Virus record (IMG/VR): IMGVR_UViG_3300043715_000001
Span: 1-59,503 of that record
Direction: 5' to 3' (one strand)
From: a virus
Taxonomy: Duplodnaviria; Caudoviricetes
DNA: 59,503 bases
In this document: piece by piece, positions 38,243-47,071 of the stretch
Layout: every line of letters begins with the position of its first letter
Numbering within the stretch: position 1 is the stretch's first letter
Position numbers and translations under genes: made by a program
The notes under the pieces: generated by a model
The model's database searches: none
Told to the model about the DNA's origin: nothing
Seen by the model: the letters and a program-made list of their open reading frames with translations, nothing else

Positions 38243-39091
38243 TCAGGAGGCTGGCTGAGTAGCCGAGGAAGGGACCGGCGCTGGCGTGGAATGCACCACA
38301 GCCGACTGAAGCAGACCAACACCAGTGAAGAGCAAGCCGACAAAACCGTCAATCGTCGACGGGTCGAGCCCGGCTTTGACGAACAGCGCCGTGCCTCCAA
38401 GCTTAAGGGCAGAGCGCAAGAGCGACTGCACTTGGGGGTTGCCTAGAATTGTGAAGATGAAATTTCCCACCGTTAGTTTCTCCAGAGGTTGACCGAAGTC
38501 AATTTCGATTACAAAAGGCGGCTCCGGTTTAGGCTCAGGGAGCCCAGCCAAAGCATGTGACTGCTTACGCACGCCCACAATACGATCTGCCCATCCCCCT
38601 CCGAAAGCTGGCCACAGAAGCTCTCCGGTGTTAGGGTTACGCGCCCGTTTGTCAAATGCTAACCGAATAGCTAACAGCCTGTCAATAATATCGCCAGGAT
38701 GAAGCTGGTTAGCTTTGGTTATAGTCGCTGCGCCGACCGTCCCATTCTCCGGAACGATGACCTCGCCTATTACTGAGTTAATCGCCTGCTGCAGCCAAAG
38801 AGAGCCGCGCCCTATTCCACTGTTCACACCACTATCGAACAGGGCGTTAGCTACTCCTGGATCGAACTGGCCGCATGACAGCCTGTCCCAATATTCGTTC
38901 AGGTAAATCTCGCGCGCCTCACCCTTGGTGATATACCGCACAGACTGAGTCTGGAGCCCCTTACGCTGCCTGAATGCGCTGTACTCAGACTGGATGATGC
39001 CGAGGTTGGTCGCGCCACCTGGGTCACGTGGATCGTCGCCAAAGCCGCCCTCCCAAGGGAGCAGGTTCTCAAACGACTGGTCGAAGCTCAT
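38243..39091 (-). CDS. GH108 endolysin with PG-binding domain, fused to a C-terminal holin-like two-helix membrane domain
   Basis: EGGFGDDPRDPGGATNLGI, FDSGVNSG, FGGGW..R; tail QVQSLLRSALKLGGTALFVKAGLD...FVGLLFTGVGLLQS. Confidence 0.85.
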   Translation of the reverse strand: MSFDQSFENLLPWEGGFGDDPRDPGGATNLGIIQSEYSAFRQRKGLQTQSVRYITKGEAREIYLNEYWDRLSCGQFDPGVANALFDSGVNSGIGRGSLWLQQAINSVIGEVIVPENGTVGAATITKANQLHPGDIIDRLLAIRLAFDKRARNPNTGELLWPAFGGGWADRIVGVRKQSHALAGLPEPKPEPPFVIEIDFGQPLEKLTVGNFIFTILGNPQVQSLLRSALKLGGTALFVKAGLDPSTIDGFVGLLFTGVGLLQSAVVHSTPAPVPSSATQPAS

Positions 39092-39279
39092 GGTCTTTTT
39101 ACCTTGGGCGTGTTGCAAGATAGTTCGGGCGAAACGAACACCGTAACCGGCGCGCAAATAGGCTGCGACACCTTGACCTCGTTAAAGAGGGGAGTGGGCA
39201 CGAACGCCCACACGTAGAGCATGGCTCCGATGACTGCTAGAAGCAACAAGGTGTTAATGACCAGGAGGGTGCGAACCAT
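39088..39279 (-). CDS. Small single-TM protein (lysis region)
   Basis: GAGG RBS; LLVINTLLLLAVIGAMLYVWAFV; ATGA coupling to the endolysin. Confidence 0.6.
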   Translation of the reverse strand: MVRTLLVINTLLLLAVIGAMLYVWAFVPTPLFNEVKVSQPICAPVTVFVSPELSCNTPKVKRP

Positions 39280-39286
39280 GTTAGCC

Positions 39287-41992
39287 TCACTTGCCATGAC
39301 AGTGATAGTTGATAACGTAGGTGCTGGCGTTCGTTAGCGTGGTGCCCCCGTTGAACCAGCTCCCGGTGAGGGCTGTCGTCGTCGCGGTGGTATCATGTAC
39401 GCCAGCTGTCGCCGCCCACGTCGCTGTGCCTGTGTCGGAAAGAGTGAAGTCGCATACCGGAGTATTTGTGCCCACAGCGCTTGATGCGGCTATGCTGAAC
39501 GACCCATTGGCGGGAGCGGACGATCCCGCGGTGATTATAATCTTGCCATTAGAGTTGACAGACCCGGTCGAAAAGGCGCACGTCGCTCCAGTGCCCGCAT
39601 TTACAGGTGTGCATGACGTAGGCGCTGAGCCGCTAACCGTGAGGTTGCCAAGGATGTTGATGTTAGTGGTGCCGGTCGGAACGGCCAATGCCGCCGCGGC
39701 GGACTTGTTCACTAGCTCCAGATCGTTCGTGGAGCCCTGACCAGTGATCAGCGCGCCATTCGTAGCGCTCGCGTAAACACCCGCTGTGCCGTTTGCAAGC
39801 GTTGGCGCAGACGTTCCGGTCACGCTGAGATAGCCGGTCTCTTTCAAAGAGGGGGCAGTCCACGACGATAAGGCCGACCCGAGGTTTAGGCTGTAGACTG
39901 GAGTCCCATTGCCATCTGCGAGCTGCCAGTAAGCAAAGCTGTTCGCAGTGCCTGTTATAGCCTCAAACACCGCGTTCGCACTCGCACCAACAGTATTGTT
40001 GACAACACCAGCATAGGTGGTGGCGTTCTGATCAACTTCGGCAACCGAAGTCCAAGACTTGCCGAAAGCAGAAAGACTTCCGTTCGCACCGAACGCGCCG
40101 CCTATGAGTCCTTTCACAGTGCCTGAAACGGTGATATTTGGACCTACAATAACGTTCTGTGTCCCTGTAGAAGTATTCGAAAAACTAGTAGCGTTGTCAT
40201 GAACATTAAGACTACTATAGTTTCCGGCTAGAGTAAGCCCACCCCATTGATTACCATTAGAATAGAAAGTGTTTCCTAATCCATTTGCCGTAAAGCTCGC
40301 GCTGCTGCATCCATTATTGTTGCTGAAGTGAACGCTATTGAAAGAAACCCCACTAGCAGGAGTTGGCGAAAGAGTAATGCTACTACAAGGCAATACGTTG
40401 TTTTCAAAAAATACCTGATTTAGTGATGTTAAAGAATTCAGGCTAAATCCTGGAACAGTCAATCCTCCAGTAGAGCCAGCCATATTGCTAACAAAAAGCT
40501 GAGAAATCTGCGGAACTGTACTATCCGAGCAGAAAATGCCCTGCGTAGCCACTCCCGTATATGTGTGCCACTCAAAGTGATCATTCGTGAAACGATACTC
40601 GTTTTGTCCGCCACCCGACCCCGTCCAACCGCCAAAGTTAATGGCGCATGCTACTCCACCGCTCCCACCAGGGTTGAAATGGTAGTCATCGAACATAATC
40701 GTGTTCGGACCCCCACCGCTGCCAGTCGTGGTTGTGTGCGTGATGTAAACGAAATCAGAGGATGCGCCGTAATCTCCACTCCCGTTCAAACCGGCCCGGC
40801 CCCCAATATTCCGAATTTCCGGCCAGCCATCGATGACGAAATAGTGTGTTTGGCAAGCGCCTACGTTCAGATTGTAGTTTGTGGAGCCAAGGCCACCCAC
40901 CGATCCTTCCGGTCCCCACTCAACACACCAATCAAAATTGACAACATGTACGTTGCGCGTATTTGTCTGATAGCCGCCAGCGAATTGCAGGCCAACAACG
41001 CCGCTATTCGGTGCCCCTGAAGCGCCGGCGATGATGATGTTTTCGAGTTGCGCACCCGTGGACAACGCCCCAGAATTATTTGCCTGTACACAAGGATTGA
41101 CCGTGCGTGAGCACAAGAGCCAAGACTGCTGCGGATAGGTGTTACCTGAGCCCATGTTGTTGATTGGCCGCATCGACGTGCCAACAAGCGTATGGGTCAC
41201 TAGAACCGTTGTATTTATGTAAAAACCACTATCTGTAGCCGGAAGTATAAGCGTCCCGTGGTAGTTCGCGAGCGCCGTGTTGATCGCAGGCCCAGCATCT
41301 GTCACGCCATCGGCGACCGCGCCCCATGCGCGAACATCAGCCCCGGATGCCGGGAAACTCGCGATCCAACATCCTGTCCCCGTCGTAGGCTTTACCTGCA
41401 GGCCGTTGTCACCAGCGCCAGAGGAGATCGAGCACGACGAACCACTCCAGGTATAAACCGCATCTCCGCCATCGCCTGCTGCCGTATAACCGAGCCGGCG
41501 AACCGTTGGGTAGGCCCCAGCTGAAAGCGCCTTCAAGCTAGCCAGCGTGTTTACCGATGGCAGCGCTGGCGGGGACGTGTCAACGCCGATAGTCTGAAGC
41601 GAGGAAAGTGGTACAGACGGAAGCCTCAACACAGACAACGTGCCTGTAGAAAGGTCTGAAGCGCTACCAGATGTCGCCACCGCAGCCAACCCAGAGACGT
41701 TGGACGCTGCCGGCTGCGCATAGAGCACGTGCCCAGACATGTCGACGCCGATCGCGAACTGGTTCGTTGGCGCAGTGCTGCTTAGTATACCACCAAGTAT
41801 AGACGCCGAGGCGGGCGTCAGCTTGATGTTCGTGCCATCTGTCATCAGGCCCGCGCCGATCGCCAGACACTTGCCGTTGTCCATGAAGACATGGTTGCCA
41901 TCGGCGGGACACGTCATGTTAGCGTACGCGGGCTCGCACGACGCCGCGATCAGCGCTAACAGTAACCCTGCGAGGATACGCAACCTTTTCAT
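39287..41992 (-). CDS. Tailspike-like beta-helix depolymerase with N-terminal signal-peptide-like sequence
   Basis: LGYTAAGDGGDAVY.W..DNG....TGCW and DVRAWGAVADGVTDAGPAINTAL pectate-lyase-3-like entry; N-terminus MKRLRILAGLLLALIAASCEPAYA. Confidence 0.75.
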   Translation of the reverse strand: MKRLRILAGLLLALIAASCEPAYANMTCPADGNHVFMDNGKCLAIGAGLMTDGTNIKLTPASASILGGILSSTAPTNQFAIGVDMSGHVLYAQPAASNVSGLAAVATSGSASDLSTGTLSVLRLPSVPLSSLQTIGVDTSPPALPSVNTLASLKALSAGAYPTVRRLGYTAAGDGGDAVYTWSGSSCSISSGAGDNGLQVKPTTGTGCWIASFPASGADVRAWGAVADGVTDAGPAINTALANYHGTLILPATDSGFYINTTVLVTHTLVGTSMRPINNMGSGNTYPQQSWLLCSRTVNPCVQANNSGALSTGAQLENIIIAGASGAPNSGVVGLQFAGGYQTNTRNVHVVNFDWCVEWGPEGSVGGLGSTNYNLNVGACQTHYFVIDGWPEIRNIGGRAGLNGSGDYGASSDFVYITHTTTTGSGGGPNTIMFDDYHFNPGGSGGVACAINFGGWTGSGGGQNEYRFTNDHFEWHTYTGVATQGIFCSDSTVPQISQLFVSNMAGSTGGLTVPGFSLNSLTSLNQVFFENNVLPCSSITLSPTPASGVSFNSVHFSNNNGCSSASFTANGLGNTFYSNGNQWGGLTLAGNYSSLNVHDNATSFSNTSTGTQNVIVGPNITVSGTVKGLIGGAFGANGSLSAFGKSWTSVAEVDQNATTYAGVVNNTVGASANAVFEAITGTANSFAYWQLADGNGTPVYSLNLGSALSSWTAPSLKETGYLSVTGTSAPTLANGTAGVYASATNGALITGQGSTNDLELVNKSAAAALAVPTGTTNINILGNLTVSGSAPTSCTPVNAGTGATCAFSTGSVNSNGKIIITAGSSAPANGSFSIAASSAVGTNTPVCDFTLSDTGTATWAATAGVHDTTATTTALTGSWFNGGTTLTNASTYVINYHCHGK

Positions 41993-42004
41993 ATTATACC
42001 TCTT

Positions 42005-44281
42005 CTAAGGTTGCACGAAAGGCGTACCCGCGTCGTAACGCGCCCGAGCGGGCAAACCAGCCGCGGAAGAACACGCACCGCCGCCGCTTGCGTTCTGAAG
42101 TGGGCTACCGCCTGTAGGCGTCACCCACGGAAATGGGTAAGTGCACGAGGACCCAGCCGAGAAGAACGCCGGGGCAGACGGCAAGTACAATGAGCTCGGT
42201 AGACTGTGTGAAGAACCATTCCAGCTCACAGACTGGTTGTAGAAATCGTAGTTGCCATCTCTGAACATGTACGGGCTGGAATTGCCGTGCCAGAGATTAG
42301 GGTCGTAGCCGTTACCTTGCGCCGAGCCACGGGTCCATATCGCGCCACCGCCGCACGCAGCCTGGACGCAACTATCGAAACTCCAGCCGTTGGCCGCTGT
42401 CGTGAACGGCGTCCCACCGATGACGTTGTCAGTCGTGGTCCCCAGGACGTTCCCAACGAATGCGTACCAGTAGTTGTAGGAGTAAGGGCCCACCGCCCGC
42501 GCAGCGCCTGTGCCACTACTGACACACGAGCTTGGACCGCTTGGACACGCTACTACACCCACCCCCGTAAAATCATTGACCGTATTACCTTCCGGGTCAG
42601 CGAAGGGTGTACGAAGCGCGGTCGCCCAGTTGCGGAAAAACGTCATGTAGTCCGAGCCGCTGCCGTGCGTAGCATCGCCATCTAAATTGACCGCCTGATT
42701 ACCTTCAAAAAGCACATGATGTGACCCTGGATAGTGAGTCCCGTTCGCACTAAGGTCAATGAAGTAAGGCCCTATCCCCGAAGACCGATCATACCACGGG
42801 GCGTCCATGTAATTGTAGGCGACAACCGACCCAGCACCGCCACCGCGGTTGGTCATGTTCTTCCCGCCAGTGCGGGAAATACTGTTCACCAAGTAAGCTT
42901 CTGTAGTGCCTCCTTCGAAATCGAAAACATATTCTGCGCCAGAGTTGACACTACTAAAACAATCGTAACCGTATACTGTATTGATCTCAGCGCGAGGGCT
43001 GCTAATAAGCTCAACAGCTCCATTCTCCCATCCCCACGAGTCTACATTCAGCGCCCAGCAATAGGCGCAAAAACTAAAGGTAAGATTGCCGTTCGCGCTC
43101 CTGCCCAATGACATGTTCTCGACGCCAGCATACTGCAAAAGCGGCTTATGTGTCGTGCTTGAGTCAGTCGGAATAGCCACGATCCCGTTGTAGCTACCTG
43201 ACTGACGGAACGCCACCATGATGGGGCTATCGAAAGTGATGGTGCAATGCACACCGGGACACGGACCAGCGCCTATAGCCGAAATCAAATGTATCTCGCC
43301 GTAGGGACGATCATAGAAAAGGGAATAATTCGCACTCTCGCCCTCGGCTTGTGCGGCGCTGGTGGCCCCGTTGTCCACCACAGGGTTGAAATACAAATAA
43401 GCAATTCGACCAGACGGGTTGGTTCCTGTGGTGTTGAACGTGTCCGGCGATGCGAATATTTGGTTCGGACTTCCGCCCCCTGGGTCTACACTTCTATCCA
43501 CAGGGTCGGATTGAAACGTCGCGCCGGTCGCCTCGCTTATGTGCACCCACATGCCGACTGAGAAGATACTGGTAGCGGCGACCTGTATCGTCTTCGACCC
43601 AGCGGCGGCATCTGCTGCAATCGCCACATAGTCCGCTGTGGAGCAGTCCCCGGTAGCCACATTGTTTGGATAGTTGCAGCTTGCCCAGCGATGCGAGTAT
43701 ACGCCAAGATTATCAACGCGTATCAACGGGTAATTATTGCAGCTGTTTGTGCTAGAATATGAAGTACCGCATTGCCCTGGAGTATGTCCACTGCTATAAG
43801 AGAGCAACCCGTTGTAATAAACAATCTGCGTAGAGCAATAAGCGTGCGGAGTAGACCCTGTGCAAGCATCGCCACGAAGTGTAACGCTCTTAGTGAGATT
43901 TATATTCTCCGATACATCAAGGTTAAATGTCCCAGCGGTCAGTTTAATTATTGTGCCAGAAGGACAATTTGTAATCGCCGCGTTAATATTCGCCGCGTCG
44001 TCGCCGGTCGTCGGCGGAGTAAGGCCACTCGGAGCGAGCGGCATTGTCACCCCGGCTTGCCCGGTCGTGCAGTTCGTTCTCCCTGCGTCGATCGTTGAGA
44101 TACCGCCAACCGATTGCAGCCCCGCCATCTGCCAATTCGCCACAGCGTTGTTGTATGCTGGGATAGTAGGCGCGCTAGTAAGCGTCGGATTGGGGTAGGC
44201 CGGTATCGAGTAGGGCGAAACGTCCGTGCTAAGCGCGAAGCAACAGCACAGCACAGCAAGCAGAAAAGAGAAAACCCTCAT
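42005..44281 (-). CDS. Secreted-type right-handed beta-helix glycan hydrolase/lyase
   Basis: Signal-like MRVFSFLLAVLCCCFALS; GDDAANINAAITNCPSGTIIKLTAGTF; Asn/Gly beta-helix repeats; paired Cys. Confidence 0.7.
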   Translation of the reverse strand: MRVFSFLLAVLCCCFALSTDVSPYSIPAYPNPTLTSAPTIPAYNNAVANWQMAGLQSVGGISTIDAGRTNCTTGQAGVTMPLAPSGLTPPTTGDDAANINAAITNCPSGTIIKLTAGTFNLDVSENINLTKSVTLRGDACTGSTPHAYCSTQIVYYNGLLSYSSGHTPGQCGTSYSSTNSCNNYPLIRVDNLGVYSHRWASCNYPNNVATGDCSTADYVAIAADAAAGSKTIQVAATSIFSVGMWVHISEATGATFQSDPVDRSVDPGGGSPNQIFASPDTFNTTGTNPSGRIAYLYFNPVVDNGATSAAQAEGESANYSLFYDRPYGEIHLISAIGAGPCPGVHCTITFDSPIMVAFRQSGSYNGIVAIPTDSSTTHKPLLQYAGVENMSLGRSANGNLTFSFCAYCWALNVDSWGWENGAVELISSPRAEINTVYGYDCFSSVNSGAEYVFDFEGGTTEAYLVNSISRTGGKNMTNRGGGAGSVVAYNYMDAPWYDRSSGIGPYFIDLSANGTHYPGSHHVLFEGNQAVNLDGDATHGSGSDYMTFFRNWATALRTPFADPEGNTVNDFTGVGVVACPSGPSSCVSSGTGAARAVGPYSYNYWYAFVGNVLGTTTDNVIGGTPFTTAANGWSFDSCVQAACGGGAIWTRGSAQGNGYDPNLWHGNSSPYMFRDGNYDFYNQSVSWNGSSHSLPSSLYLPSAPAFFSAGSSCTYPFPWVTPTGGSPLQNASGGGACSSAAGLPARARYDAGTPFVQP

Positions 44282-45117
44282 GAGACCCCAGTCCCCTCAA
44301 TGCCCCAGGTGTCGCCACCATCCAGGTTGATAAGCGTGAACATGCTATATCCGGCGATCGTCCGGTTGCCTGTTCCGCTGACACTATCGAGACGCTTCAA
44401 CGTGACACCCGCCGCCGCAACGATCGTCAAGCCGCCCACGGCCTCGCATGTGCCGTTGATGACGCAACTGCCGATGCCGGAATTTGCAAACGTGTCGATG
44501 GTCCAGCTATAGGGGTTGCCGTCTGTGTGCCGGACGAGCCCGTTCATATTGCCTGTCGTGAAGGTCCAGGAAGAGTTCTTGGTAACAGTGGTCGAGAAAG
44601 CCGGGTTCGCAGCAGGCGCGGCCCACGCGGGTGCGCCACTAACCACCGTCAAGACTTGGTTGTTCGAACCAGCTGCCAGCCGCTGAGGCGTACCAGACGA
44701 ACCGCCCGTGATTATATCGCCAGCGGTCGACATGGGGTTCGAGAACCCTCCGCCGCTGCCGCTTCCTGTACCTAGCTGGTTCCCGGCCCATGAACCGCCG
44801 CCATCCGTGGTGGTGAACTGGACGACGGTCACAGCGTTAGGTGTCGTACTCACCGTCGGCACCGACCCGTTCACCCACGTCACATTCGAGGGAAGCGTCA
44901 CGGAGTGGCCTGACGAGTCTTGTCTCAGCCACACCTCAAGGCAGTGGCGATAGTTCTTAGAGCCTCCGCAGGCGAGCGTAAGCGTCAGCGCACCCACAAC
45001 GGTCAGGTCCTGAACCGTCAACTCCCCCAGTGAGACAAGCGCCTTGGTGCCTGAAGCGGCTGTATCTATCAAAACTCCGGGTGCGCCGTCCTCGGGGTTA
45101 CGTTGTGGGACGTGCAT
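44278..45117 (-). CDS. Modular fibre-like protein, copy 2
   Basis: N-terminal about 165 aa closely similar to 45878-46756; different C-terminal domain. Confidence 0.7.
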   Translation of the reverse strand: MHVPQRNPEDGAPGVLIDTAASGTKALVSLGELTVQDLTVVGALTLTLACGGSKNYRHCLEVWLRQDSSGHSVTLPSNVTWVNGSVPTVSTTPNAVTVVQFTTTDGGGSWAGNQLGTGSGSGGGFSNPMSTAGDIITGGSSGTPQRLAAGSNNQVLTVVSGAPAWAAPAANPAFSTTVTKNSSWTFTTGNMNGLVRHTDGNPYSWTIDTFANSGIGSCVINGTCEAVGGLTIVAAAGVTLKRLDSVSGTGNRTIAGYSMFTLINLDGGDTWGIEGTGVS

Positions 45118-45145
45118 AGGTGATCCCTCGCGCTGAAGGTTGTGA

Positions 45146-45195
45146 TGTTAGTATGTATGCACGGATGCGTTAGCTTGTCAAGCCAGCTGTGTTAG
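45146..45195 (-). promoter_or_regulatory. Duplicated promoter-like cassette, copy 2
   Basis: TGTTAGTATGTATGC...GTTAG.TTGTCAA; GTTAG at 45147, 45169, 45191. Confidence 0.6.
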
Positions 45196-45881
45196 GCTAT
45201 CGCCGATGCGCAGGCTCTTAAGTCGTTACCATATAGGCTTGCAGACGAGTCCTGGGTGACACCGGTCCATACTTGACTGTCGGGGCTCAGACTGTAAGCC
45301 ATGTCAGCGGCAATAACGAGACCGCCACTCAGAGTGTGCACGTCCAAAGTACCAGTTATGCTGGCGGAACCTGTGCCGCCATGGAATGAGTTAGTGTCTC
45401 TCGAAGACCCTAAGTTGTAAACTGCGTATACGCAGAGATGTCCATCGAACGCCGTCTGTCCGCCCCAAGTCATCACGATGTTCGCGGTCGTGCCTGAAGG
45501 GACAGAGAGCGCAAACAGCCCAGCATACGCGTGGTCTCCGTTCCCATCTGTCGCGCCGGTGGCCTCGGCTATCTTCGTAGCTGAGACGCCTCCTATAGTC
45601 AGCGAGCCGGAAATCGGCGTCGTCCCTGCCACAATCCCTTGAGCCGAGACGATAACCGTGCGGTTGGACCCTGCCGTACCTATAGCCGCGCCTGTCGCTG
45701 TGGACGTTGCGCCGCCGCCAACGCTGGTCTCTGCCTGAAAGCTTTTTGTGATCGTTCCAGATGGGTCCCAGGCAGCAGCAACCCCGGCGTAACTCTGAGC
45801 GCCTGAGGCTGTAGTAAACGCCGCATTCACGGTGCGAAGCGAAGCTCCGCTGCTGAATTTCCTGGATGTCCCGATTATCAT
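45192..45881 (-). CDS. Beta-rich Gly/Ala/Thr fibre-associated protein
   Basis: Composition and position; overlaps the upstream stop. Confidence 0.6.
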   Translation of the reverse strand: MIIGTSRKFSSGASLRTVNAAFTTASGAQSYAGVAAAWDPSGTITKSFQAETSVGGGATSTATGAAIGTAGSNRTVIVSAQGIVAGTTPISGSLTIGGVSATKIAEATGATDGNGDHAYAGLFALSVPSGTTANIVMTWGGQTAFDGHLCVYAVYNLGSSRDTNSFHGGTGSASITGTLDVHTLSGGLVIAADMAYSLSPDSQVWTGVTQDSSASLYGNDLRACASAIA

Positions 45882-46756
45882 GACTTCGCCACCTTCAGCG
45901 AGATGGTGACGCGTGTACAGGTTGTGATACTGTTAACGTTGAAACCCAGAATATCGCCAGCTGCCAGCGAAGTCGTCCAGCCTGTCAGCGTCGAGTCCTG
46001 CGCCTTTGTGGCGCTGCTGATGGTCGGAGGCGCGGACGCGGTAATCTTGTCGCCTGACACAGGGTGCGTCGAACCCGCGTCAAAATTCGAGTAAGAGCAC
46101 TTCCACACGTCGACGACGATAGAGCCCGACTGGTCGGCCAAAAGCGTGGACTGATTGATTGTGCACGCCCACGGAACCTGGATATATCCCTTCATACCGG
46201 TGGTTATGGCTGAGCCGCCACCGTCGATGACGAACTCAAGTGCATCCGCGCCGCCGCCTGGATTTGCCGCCCATGCAGGAGCGCCGCTGACTACCGTCAA
46301 AACTTGGTTGGCTGATCCTACCGCCAGCCGCTGCGCCGCGCCCGCGGAGCCGCCAGTAATAATATCGCCCGCGGTCGTCATGGGGTTCGCCATGCCGCTG
46401 CCGCCACTTGCCCCGACTACCTGCGCGCCCCACGTCGCGCCGCCGTCAGACGTAGCGAACTGGAGTACGGTGATCGAGTTAGGAGTCGTGCTAATTGTCG
46501 GCGTCGACCCGGCCAGCCATGTGACGTTCGAGGGAAGCGTCACGGAGTGGCCTGACGAGTCCTGCCTTAGCCAAACCTCCATGCAATGTCGATAGCCTTT
46601 AGCGCCACCGGCAAGCGTCAGCGTCAACGCACCTACAACGGTCAAGTCGTGGACCGTCAGTTCCCCCAGCGAGACAAGCGCCTTGGTGCCTGAGGCAGAC
46701 AAACTCGTCAGAACTCCGGGTGCCCCATCTTCTGGGTTGCTCTGTGCGACGTGCAT
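45878..46756 (-). CDS. Modular fibre-like protein, copy 1
   Basis: LRQDSSGHSVTLPSNVTW..G..PT.STTPN...V.QF.T.DGG..W; NPMTTAGDIITGG..G..QRL..G..NQVLTV fibre repeat; C-terminal IDGGGSAITTG.KG domain. Confidence 0.7.
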   Translation of the reverse strand: MHVAQSNPEDGAPGVLTSLSASGTKALVSLGELTVHDLTVVGALTLTLAGGAKGYRHCMEVWLRQDSSGHSVTLPSNVTWLAGSTPTISTTPNSITVLQFATSDGGATWGAQVVGASGGSGMANPMTTAGDIITGGSAGAAQRLAVGSANQVLTVVSGAPAWAANPGGGADALEFVIDGGGSAITTGMKGYIQVPWACTINQSTLLADQSGSIVVDVWKCSYSNFDAGSTHPVSGDKITASAPPTISSATKAQDSTLTGWTTSLAAGDILGFNVNSITTCTRVTISLKVAKS

Positions 46757-46790
46757 AAAGGCTCTCTCCCTCTGGAGCTGAGAGTTGGTC

Positions 46791-46841
46791 TGTTAGTATG
46801 TATGCCTGAATATGTTAGTTTGTCAAGACAGAAGGTGTTAG
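46791..46841 (-). promoter_or_regulatory. Duplicated promoter-like cassette, copy 1
   Basis: Same 36-bp layout as 45146-45181; GTTAG at 46792, 46814, 46837. Confidence 0.6.
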
Positions 46842-47071
46842 CCCTTGATCACGGCCACTGGTGCCTTAATTACCTTGCGTGGGCTAACTCTGCGCTCACG
46901 CTTAACGTGGCCTGTGTAATCCGGCCCGACATAGTGCACAAACCCTGGCGTGAACTTTATAATCTTACCTACCACTAACGACGCACCCGAGTTTCGTCCG
47001 TGAGGCACCGCAACCACAATGTCGTCGTCAACCTCAATCTTCCTTCCCAATAAGTCAACAAAATCGCTCAC
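46838..47071 (-). CDS. Small SH3/KOW-like hypothetical protein
   Basis: GTGA overlap with the terL stop; DLLGRKIEVDDDIVV...GKIIKFTP. Confidence 0.55.
   Translation of the reverse strand: MSDFVDLLGRKIEVDDDIVVAVPHGRNSGASLVVGKIIKFTPGFVHYVGPDYTGHVKRERRVSPRKVIKAPVAVIKG

Noticed and set aside
44278-46756. Diversity-generating retroelement or invertase shufflon behind the duplicated fibre genes
   Set aside because: No reverse transcriptase or invertase in the window; repeats are direct and differences are not adenine-specific
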